A DNA stretch of 12,339 nt from an uncultured archaeon. GTDB taxonomy: Archaea > Asgardarchaeota > Jordiarchaeia > Jordiarchaeales > Jordiarchaeaceae. Shown here one piece after another: positions 6,222-12,339 of the stretch; position 1 is the stretch's first letter; each line of letters opens with the position of its first letter. The notes under the pieces are model-generated. The model saw only the letters and a list, made by a program, of their open reading frames with translations, did not search any database and was not told the DNA's origin. The stretch is from NCBI GenBank assembly GCA_964510585.1, contig CAZECW010000035.1:1-12339 (forward strand). The letters are read 5' to 3'. The translations under genes were made by a program, and so were the position numbers.

Positions 6222-7631
6222 TTAGAAGTTTAGTGTTTTTATTTCCAGTATTCTGCAGAATTCCGTGATTTCTTTTGTTATGTCTCCTACAACTAGTTGG
6301 GCGTGTTGGCTTGGGTAAACCTCTAAGATTTGCGCTGGGTCGCACTCTAAGCCTATGCTTATCACGGGCCACTTCATCATGTTTTCAAAGGCTTCACTTC
6401 TCACTATTCTTCCCCTGATTATTATCATAAGGTACTCCCCTTGGGTTCTTCCAAGCCTTGCCCATGTTATTGGTTCTCCCTCTTCTGCAATGTAGTGGAT
6501 TGCCGCTCCGCCCGCTTTTCCTTGGACTTGGGGTACAAGTTCTACTCCCTTGAGGTTTTCTTTAGGGTTTTGTGAACGTTTAGTGTACCAGGTGCTTGCT
6601 CCACCGCAGTTTGCGATGGTGAAAAGTCTTTTTTCCCGATCCCAGAAGAGTATGTCTCCGAAATAGACTGGTTTTCCGCCGCTTAGGAGTTTTAGTATCT
6701 GCATGGTGAGGGCTCCGTTTAGGTCTGCTTCGCAGGCGCAAGGGGTGGTTTCCTTTTTTCCCTCCGCATCGTAGGGATCATTTAGGAATGTGGGGGTGAG
6801 GCACTGGTTAACGTATTTGTCGCTGAGCTCGGGCTGACACTTAATCCCCACAAAATCTAATTCCAAGCTGGCCACTAATCGTTTCGCGGCCACGTAGCTC
6901 CTAACCTGTTTCTCCAAGGTTTCATCAGTGACCACTCCCCCATCCTTCAGGACTTTGCAGTTCTCATTAATCCATTCTAGGTACTGCTTCACAACCTGTG
7001 GGGGAACTTTTTCCGCTTCTCTTATGATTTCTACTTGGTCTATGTGTTCCACATCTACACCAAAGATTCTCTGAATCTGGCTAGGGTCAGCGGTCGCAGT
7101 GTATATTCCCATGGATCTTCCCCCAATTAAGCCTAGGGTTGAACCTCTTAAGCGGTTAATTGCAGTGGCGGCTCTCACAAATGCCATGGTTTCTGAGGCT
7201 ACTTGGGGGCTGTTTATGGCTCCACTTATATAGAGGGTTCTGTTTTTTATTCCCACCTCATCCAGTGCTCCCTTCACTGCTGTGGGTCCGCTAAGAGCCA
7301 TAGGAGCCAAAACCATTACTGGAAGAGAGTGGCTTTGGGCTTTTTTTGCCGCAGCCACACCTATGGAAGGGTAGGTCCAACTGGGAATGCACATGATGAG
7401 GGATTCTCCTTCCCTATGTACTAGTTCAGACACTGCTATTAGTGCTTCCTTCTTGGAGTTTACTCTTCCGCAGTCAATTGCCTCCGCTCCCTTCTCCTCC
7501 AACAGTTTTATGAGTTCTGTATGCAAGAATTCTTCCAGCTGTTTCATGTCCACTCCGCTTTTGAGCATTCCCTGGTAGAACTCCTCCCGGGGATCAACAA
7601 TACTTAAAACACCAACACTGGGCCTATGCAT
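6222..7631 (-). CDS. fucI: L-fucose/D-arabinose isomerase (FucI) family ketol-isomerase, ~469 aa
   Basis: Motifs correspond to those recalled from E. coli FucI: IVDPRE (~IDGRR), SWTYPS (~WCYGS), GRSMGI (~GVSMGI), GIKCQ (~GFQGQ) and FLNDPYDAEG (~ILNSSFDWNG). Metal-ligand equivalents are E in ACEAD, D in YFGD and H in PSQH (E337/D361/H528 in FucI). ATG 7631 with upstream GGGAGAG is preferred over 7703. The family call is solid; the substrate is not proven. Confidence 0.85.
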   Translation of the reverse strand: MHRPSVGVLSIVDPREEFYQGMLKSGVDMKQLEEFLHTELIKLLEEKGAEAIDCGRVNSKKEALIAVSELVHREGESLIMCIPSWTYPSIGVAAAKKAQSHSLPVMVLAPMALSGPTAVKGALDEVGIKNRTLYISGAINSPQVASETMAFVRAATAINRLRGSTLGLIGGRSMGIYTATADPSQIQRIFGVDVEHIDQVEIIREAEKVPPQVVKQYLEWINENCKVLKDGGVVTDETLEKQVRSYVAAKRLVASLELDFVGIKCQPELSDKYVNQCLTPTFLNDPYDAEGKKETTPCACEADLNGALTMQILKLLSGGKPVYFGDILFWDREKRLFTIANCGGASTWYTKRSQNPKENLKGVELVPQVQGKAGGAAIHYIAEEGEPITWARLGRTQGEYLMIIIRGRIVRSEAFENMMKWPVISIGLECDPAQILEVYPSQHAQLVVGDITKEITEFCRILEIKTLNF

Positions 7632-7690
7632 AAAGTGAACTCTCCCAAACTTTAATTCGACTTTTGAGGTAGTCTTAGCATTTTTAATGG

Positions 7691-7793
7691 GGTTTGGATG
7701 CATTTAAGTTTGCCGAAAGTTGCCCCATCTCCCGCAGAGTAGGCTATCATTCCAGGTTTTGATGCATTTTAAGTTTGCCGAAGTGCCATCCCA
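7691..7793. repeat. Imperfect tandem direct repeat (two copies, 64-nt period) in the divergent isomerase/aldolase promoter region
   Basis: Copy 1 (7691) is GGTTTGGATGCATTT-AAGTTTGCCGAAAGTTGCCCCATCTCC. Copy 2 (7755) is GGTTTTGATGCATTTTAAGTTTGCCGAA-GT-GCC--ATC-CC. Confidence 0.85.
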
Positions 7794-7920
7794 CTGAAGA
7801 TGCTTGGTTTTTTAACTCTTGTAGAGTCGTTTAGGGGGCGAAAATATTATTTGTGTGGAGCCTTCTTTAACCTATAAATGTTTGAATTTCGGAAAAATTT
7901 TTGGATAGGTGAATTTGGTT

Positions 7921-8727
7921 ATGGTTATTGGTAAAAAGTTTCGGTTGGGTAGGATTTTCCAGAAGGATGGAAAGTCTCTTGTTGTGGCTTTGGATCACTC
8001 CTTCACCTTTGGACCTATGCAGGGCATAGAGAAGCCCGGTGAAACAATTGAGAAGGTGATTGAGGGCGGCGCTGACGCAATAATGACCAGCTACGGTATA
8101 ATAAAGGAGTTCCACGACCTCATGGTTGGAAGGGTGGGCACAATACTACGCTTGGACAGCGGTGGAAGCATCTATAATCTTTTGGACTTTAATAAGGTGA
8201 CTGATTGGCACCTGATTTATAGTGTGGAGGAGGCGGTGAGGCTGGGTGTGGACGGCGTTATTGTTATGGGTTTCTTTGGTGCTCCCTGCGAAGCTGCCAC
8301 CTTGGAGATTCTGGGGTATGTGGCTGAGGAGTGCCACAAGTGGGGTATGCCCCTACTTGCGGAGACCCTTCCCATGGTTGGCAATATTGTTAAGGATGCC
8401 TACGATGTGGGACATGTATCCTTTGCTGCCAGAGTCGGGCAGGAGTATGGAGCTGACTTCATAAAAACTAATTACACTGGGAGTCCAGAGTCATTCAGAA
8501 AGGTTATAGAAAACTGTTCCATACCAGTTCTCATCGCTGGAGGAGCCAAAATGGAAACCCCAAAAGACGTTTTGGGAGTGGTGAGGGGAGCAATTGACGC
8601 CGGAGGGAAGGGCGTAGTATTCGGTAGAAACATTTGGCAGTACAAAAACCCTACAGCTATGACTAGAGCCATAGCAAAAATAATACACCAAAACGCAAGT
8701 GTGGAAGAAGCATTAAAGGAACTATGA
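7921..8727 (+). CDS. DhnA/FbaB-type class I (Schiff-base) aldolase, ~268 aa
   Basis: It has N-terminal GKKFRLGRIF, VALDH, GADAIM, DFIKTNYTG (Schiff-base Lys, codon 8464-8466), VLIAGG and VFGRNIWQ. ATG 7921 sits 8 nt after AGGTGA, so it is preferred to GTG 7909. Confidence 0.9.
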   Translation: MVIGKKFRLGRIFQKDGKSLVVALDHSFTFGPMQGIEKPGETIEKVIEGGADAIMTSYGIIKEFHDLMVGRVGTILRLDSGGSIYNLLDFNKVTDWHLIYSVEEAVRLGVDGVIVMGFFGAPCEAATLEILGYVAEECHKWGMPLLAETLPMVGNIVKDAYDVGHVSFAARVGQEYGADFIKTNYTGSPESFRKVIENCSIPVLIAGGAKMETPKDVLGVVRGAIDAGGKGVVFGRNIWQYKNPTAMTRAIAKIIHQNASVEEALKEL

Positions 8728-8785
8728 AAAGATAAAAAAAGGGTAAGAGTGAATATTACCGCATAAATTTTTGAATGTGATTGAA

Positions 8786-9736
8786 ATGTCTGTAAAGGTT
8801 TTGGATGTTGTAGGCATTGGATTGACCTGTGTAGACTTGGTAATGAGGGTTCCCAAGTTTCCTGAGGTTGACGAGGTGGTCATATCTTTTGAGTTTGAAC
8901 AGCATTTTGGTGGGGTGGCTGCCAACGCCATAGTAACATTGGCTCGTCTGGGAGCAAAGGTGGGATTTATAGGAAAAATAGGCATGGATCCCTTCGGATA
9001 CAATATGGTGAAGGCGTTTGAAAAGGATGGTGTAGACACCAGCAAAATAATAAGGGACAGACGTTTCGGCTCCGCCCTAAGCTTTATTCAGGTAGGCCCT
9101 AATGGGGAGAGAAAGATTTCCCACTATCCGGGAGCCGCCCCCTTCCTCACACCCGAAGATGTGGAGCAAACAAGTGACTACATTGCCTCCTCAAAGATGA
9201 TTCACATGGACGGGATTAATCCCCAATCTGCGATACGCTCAGCGGAAATAGCCAAAAAGAGGGGAGCCCAGGTTTCCTTTGACTTGAGCACCTCCCTAAG
9301 CGCGGTGGAGATTTTTGGCCTCACAAAAAAAGATGTGGAGAACTTTATTGGACTCATAGATGTTTTCATTCCCTGCAAAATTGCCGCCCAGGAATTAACT
9401 GGGGAGGAAGAACCCGAGAAGGCGGTAAGGAAACTTTTGGATATGGGTCCAAGCGTTGTGGGCATCACTCTTGGAAACAGGGGATGTATAGTGGCAACAA
9501 AGGAGGAAATTGTCAGGAAGCCCGCCTACAAGGTTGAAGTAAAGGATACCACGGGTGCGGGAGACGCTTTTCACGGAGCATTCCTCTACGGTCTACTCAA
9601 AGGGTGGACTCTGGAAAAAACAGCAGAATTTGCAAATGCTGTGGCGGCCATAAAATGCCAACACTTCGGGGCTAGAAGCGGATTACCCACAGAAAGCGAA
9701 GTGGAAAAATTCCTAAAAACTGCTCAAACCATATAG
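8786..9736 (+). CDS. PfkB/ribokinase-family carbohydrate kinase, ~316 aa
   Basis: It has VVGIG..CVD, GGVAAN.IVTLARLG (PfkB signature 1), GERKI, ITLGNRG and DTTGAGDAFHGAF (signature 2, catalytic Asp present). ATG 8786 is preferred to TTG 8771. Confidence 0.92.
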   Translation: MSVKVLDVVGIGLTCVDLVMRVPKFPEVDEVVISFEFEQHFGGVAANAIVTLARLGAKVGFIGKIGMDPFGYNMVKAFEKDGVDTSKIIRDRRFGSALSFIQVGPNGERKISHYPGAAPFLTPEDVEQTSDYIASSKMIHMDGINPQSAIRSAEIAKKRGAQVSFDLSTSLSAVEIFGLTKKDVENFIGLIDVFIPCKIAAQELTGEEEPEKAVRKLLDMGPSVVGITLGNRGCIVATKEEIVRKPAYKVEVKDTTGAGDAFHGAFLYGLLKGWTLEKTAEFANAVAAIKCQHFGARSGLPTESEVEKFLKTAQTI

Positions 9737-9747
9737 CAGGCTCCCAA

Positions 9748-9753
9748 TTTTTT
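9748..9753 (+). terminator. Candidate archaeal oligo-T terminator after the kinase
   Basis: A T6 run begins 12 nt after the stop codon. This is a weak signal on its own. Confidence 0.25.
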
Positions 9754-9822
9754 AACCCTAACATATTATCTTTATTATGCGATATGGATATTTTGAAGGT
9801 TAAGTTTTTTATTGGTGGTTTT

Positions 9823-10326
9823 TTGGGAACGAATTTTGAGAGAGCTAGGGTATGTATTCTTATGGCCATTAGTGATTTAGAGAGAGTTATTAGAAATTTT
9901 GAATCAGAGGATTTCGCCGCAGCTGTTTTTAGAGCTCAAACTTCTGCGGAGCGTTTATCTAAAGGTCTCATTTTTCTATTGGGTCTCCAATTCAAAAAAA
10001 CTCACAAACCCACGGCAATCATCAAAAAGGTTTTAGGTGAGAGACAACTTACAGAAACTCAGAAAAAACTGGTCTCGCAGATTATTTCAAAAGCAAAAAT
10101 TCTTGAGGAACAGGGAACAATACCTCGATATGGTGTCGAGACCCCTACTACGATTCTGCGTCCCGAAGAATTATATGACAAGAACAAAACTCTGGAGCTA
10201 ATTCGAGTGGCCAGTGAACTTGTTGATGTTTATATTCGTCTGTTGGAGCTCCAGAACCTATTTCCAGACGTGCAGCCCGAGTTGAGGAGGGTAAAAGTTG
10301 AGCTATCCAAACTATTCCCGAATTAA
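9823..10326 (+). CDS. HEPN domain protein (archaeal COG2250-like), ~167 aa
   Basis: It has F..A.F.AQ..AE+..K (FAAAVFRAQTSAERLSKG), KKTH, RY (IPRYG) and Y.K.....LI..A, and it is adjacent to an MNT gene. In-frame TTG 9823 follows GGTGG; ATG 9784 is the alternative start. Confidence 0.8.
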   Translation: MGTNFERARVCILMAISDLERVIRNFESEDFAAAVFRAQTSAERLSKGLIFLLGLQFKKTHKPTAIIKKVLGERQLTETQKKLVSQIISKAKILEEQGTIPRYGVETPTTILRPEELYDKNKTLELIRVASELVDVYIRLLELQNLFPDVQPELRRVKVELSKLFPN

Positions 10327-10333
10327 GCATCCC

Positions 10334-10786
10334 ATGTATAAAAAGTGGTTGGAGGATTATGTTTCAAACCTTCTAGAAAAGCTTGGCGAAAGAGTGGTAG
10401 CCATACTTGTGTTCGGCTCCGTTGCTGCTGGTAAGGCTCGATTCGACGAAGAACATCAAAGCGACATAGACATATTAGCCGTAATAAAGGAACTGCCAAC
10501 CGACTATTTCGAAAGAATAATGTACAAAACAGAAATACAGGGTATGACCGGCTTAGGGGTGGAGTCGATATGGTACACGCCTGAAGAAATGGTAAAAGTT
10601 GCTGAGAGAAAACCTCCATACATTCTAGACGCCCTAATTCACGGAATCATAATCTACGACACCGAAAAATTCCTGGAAAACGTATCAAACAAGCTCAAAG
10701 AGGACCTCAAAAGAAAAGGAGTCATTGAAACAGAAACAGCGTGGAAATGGCCAACCCGAAAAGCCATAGAAGAAATAGAATTCTAA
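10334..10786 (+). CDS. Minimal nucleotidyltransferase (MNT, Pol-beta fold), ~150 aa
   Basis: It has ILVFGSVAAG...SDIDILAV (GS + DxD), then ESIWYTPEE and DALIHGIIIYD. The ATG is 7 nt after the HEPN stop. Confidence 0.88.
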   Translation: MYKKWLEDYVSNLLEKLGERVVAILVFGSVAAGKARFDEEHQSDIDILAVIKELPTDYFERIMYKTEIQGMTGLGVESIWYTPEEMVKVAERKPPYILDALIHGIIIYDTEKFLENVSNKLKEDLKRKGVIETETAWKWPTRKAIEEIEF

Positions 10787-10824
10787 AAAGGTATGTGGGT
10801 TTAACTCCTGAAAACCGTTCTGGT

Positions 10825-10968
10825 GTTATATGCTCCCTTTCCCTGAAAGGGGGCTATTTTGGGTTCTACTCCAGGGTGGGAGGCATTTGCCAGAAAAGCC
10901 CAAATAAGCCTTCCTGCAATGTTTAGAGCCCCAATATCCATTATTCGAACACAACAGCTAAATGCATA
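10825..10968 (-). mobile_element. Possible decayed tnpB 3' end / omega-RNA scaffold / right end of an IS200/IS605 element
   Basis: The minus frame gives FSCC.RIMDIGALNIAGR, resembling the TnpB C-terminal Cys-knuckle plus D.(N/V)GA.NI motif but one residue short. It is followed by a multi-stem region and GAACCC...GCCCCCTTTCAGGGAAAGGGAG. The match is degenerate. Confidence 0.3.
10832..10860 (+). terminator. 10-bp hairpin plus T-rich tail: possible terminator of HEPN-MNT, or the end hairpin of an IS remnant on the minus strand
   Basis: GCTCCCTTTC-CCT-GAAAGGGGGC (9 Watson-Crick pairs + 1 G.T) is followed by TATTTT, 45 nt after the MNT stop. Confidence 0.45.
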
Positions 10969-11187
10969 CCTAAAAAACAAACAACCCAAAAAAACCATTT
11001 TCAAGCAGAGAGAATAGAAATAAAACTTAAAATTTTAATCCTAGCTCTCAAGGACTCCCAGAAACCAAATTCTAAATATAAACCGTTAAACACTATCAAT
11101 GAAGATGAAGTTACGTCTGAGGAATTTTTCGGGTGGGCGATGGGAGTATGGTATGAACCCAGTTTGATTATAGGGTTGAGCAAGTGA

Positions 11188-11796
11188 TCATTTTCCGTAT
11201 CCTTGGGGACTGTACCGCTGCAGTGCATTCTCCATATATTTTTTGCATGGTCTGTAGGTGAGACCGGAGAAGAGCAGAAGCGGAATCGCTGGTAATAGCA
11301 GTAGATAGTTAGGGAATATTTTTGCCACGAAAATAACGAAGAACAATGCGAATGATAGGTAAAATCCTATTGTTGTGGCTGCGAAGAGGGTTAGCATTTC
11401 TTTGTCTCTTTTCGTTCCTTTAAGCAGAGAGTTTATTCCGCGCTTTACATTCCCGAAGTTGTTGTACCCCGGAGTGTATTTCACAAAGCTTATAAAGGAT
11501 AAGTACCAGCCTGCAATGATAAAATCAAGCGCAACGCAAATCAGGCTAACAAGAGTTAAGAGAAGTGTGAATGAGTTTATAATAGGTACAGTGTTAGGCC
11601 CGTTACTTATAGTGAGAGGGGACACAACAAGAATCTGTGGCGGAACCAAGTTCAAGAGGGGAATGACAATACTAGGACTATTCATTTGAATCAGGTATAA
11701 TGCGGAAACCACAACTGGTATCGATATGAGAATCCCCAATGCAAGTAGCCGATTATGCACGACGTTAATATCCGTATTATTCCACAAATTCAACAT
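11188..11796 (-). CDS. Hypothetical integral membrane protein, 202 aa, ~4 hydrophobic segments
   Basis: ATG with a strong SD (AAAGGAGGTAG). Hydrophobic runs are LLALGILISIPVVVSALYLI, FTLLLTLVSLICVALDFIIAGWYLSFI, LTLFAATTIGFYLSFALFFVIFV and YLLLLPAIPLLLFSGL. No family recognised. Confidence 0.8.
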   Translation of the reverse strand: MLNLWNNTDINVVHNRLLALGILISIPVVVSALYLIQMNSPSIVIPLLNLVPPQILVVSPLTISNGPNTVPIINSFTLLLTLVSLICVALDFIIAGWYLSFISFVKYTPGYNNFGNVKRGINSLLKGTKRDKEMLTLFAATTIGFYLSFALFFVIFVAKIFPNYLLLLPAIPLLLFSGLTYRPCKKYMENALQRYSPQGYGK

Positions 11797-11810
11797 TTAT
11801 CTACCTCCTT

Positions 11811-12131
11811 TCAACATCCAAAATAAAAAATTAAATAAAAAGGGGTACAAGACCCCATCAACACTTTAATTACATCTCCAAATATTTGAAATCTACCACG
11901 GTGGACTACATGAGACTCACTTACCACAAGGTCAACAAGTTTTATAATCAAAGGTATAGAGTGAGAGGAAAAAGTCAACTTATGCACAAGTAGGGGTACA
12001 ATCCCAATTATAATAAAAATGAGGTCTAACCCCAACAACAGGTTAACCACATACCGCGTATTCCTATTACCAAAAAGTTGAAAACTCCACCACCTTTCTC
12101 CTTGCCTAGTACGGCCGTAACAGTCTTCCAA
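11811..12131 (-). pseudogene. Doubtful small single-TM protein or pseudogene
   Basis: A 106-codon frame with one hydrophobic run (VVNLLLGLDLIFIIIGIVPLLV) stops just before the SD of the next gene. Upstream in the same frame, GGAGGA-6 nt-TTG is followed immediately by TAA, which could be a nonsense change at codon 2. Confidence 0.25.
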
Positions 12132-12339
12132 CCCGTTCTCTCCAAAATCTTACAATTTTAGTCCTCCAACCATTTTTAGGTAATTCTTTTATTCCTATTT
12201 TAAACATTTTACCACGATATTGGAAAAATTTCACCGCCTTTCAACTAAAACGGTTCTCCACAAAAAGGGGGGAGTTTATGCGGAGGGTATTCCGTCGAGA
12301 ATTCCACCTAAAAAAGGGAGAACTATTAGGCAGGGGAGT

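Noticed and set aside
7691-7783. Mini CRISPR array (29-nt repeat GTTT...GAAAG, 35-nt spacer)
   Set aside because: There are only two imperfect copies with indels, similarity extends into the supposed spacers, no third repeat or leader is present, and there are no cas genes. It fits a tandem duplication better.
7921-8727. Naming the aldolase fbaB, lsrF or aroA' (ADH synthase)
   Set aside because: The YPRG motif of FBP aldolase and ADH synthase is missing, and no dehydroquinate synthase II or lsr genes are nearby. No gene symbol is justified.
8786-9736. Sulfofructose kinase (YihV) and a sulfoglycolysis cluster
   Set aside because: The overall subfamily is similar (GAGD.FHG), but by-eye alignment to recalled E. 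coli YihV puts V/E, H and I at the sulfonate-binding K27, N109 and R138 positions. The isomerase is also FucI-type rather than YihS-type.
87-10968. One composite transposon bounded by the LE at 136 and the RE-like relic at 10825
   Set aside because: The orientation is wrong: both ends are on the minus strand and face away from the intervening DNA, so they cannot be partners.
10805-11016. Selenocysteine or read-through gene on the plus strand (LKTVLVLYAPFP-TGA-KGAILGSTPGWEAF...) with the hairpins as SECIS
   Set aside because: There is no start codon after the upstream TAA, no redox or selenoprotein motif, and no recognisable SECIS core. The hairpins have simpler explanations.
500-11689. The many antisense or overlapping ORFs in the track (e.g. 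500..850, 2427..2747, 3040..3621, 5091..5510, 8722..9045, 10323..10619, 11001..11228, 11375..11689)
   Set aside because: They are shadows of well-supported genes on the other strand or frame, or have no motifs or RBS. The similarity of 2427..2747 to 5526..5708 only reflects the amidase duplication.
11841-12001. 10-bp direct repeat AGGGGTACAA (11841, 11992) as a target-site duplication
   Set aside because: There are no terminal inverted repeats inside, and a 10-mer pair at this distance is expected by chance in 12 kb.

Overview
This looks like an archaeal chromosomal window. That is an inference from BRE/TATA-like promoters, GGTGA/GGAGG ribosome-binding sites, GTG/TTG starts and a HEPN-MNT pair. 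From left to right: (i) the left end of an IS200/IS605-family element running off the left edge, inserted at TTAC in a hydrophobic reading frame; (ii) a 115-aa orphan; (iii) two colinear amidase-signature paralogues (471 aa each, 360/471 identical by hand count) flanking a PA-domain M28-fold protein whose metal and catalytic residues are rewired; (iv) a divergent sugar-catabolic trio of a FucI-family isomerase, a DhnA-type class I aldolase and a PfkB kinase, with a duplicated ~64-nt unit in the shared promoter region; (v) a HEPN + minimal nucleotidyltransferase pair followed by a structured ~140-nt element that may be a decayed tnpB 3' end/omega-RNA/right end; (vi) an orphan membrane protein and a doubtful small ORF. 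No tRNA, rRNA, cas gene or true CRISPR array was seen. The best candidates for new biology are the non-canonical M28 protein in its amidase sandwich and the FucI/PfkB/DhnA pathway. All alignments and reference-protein comparisons were done by eye or from memory; no searches were run.
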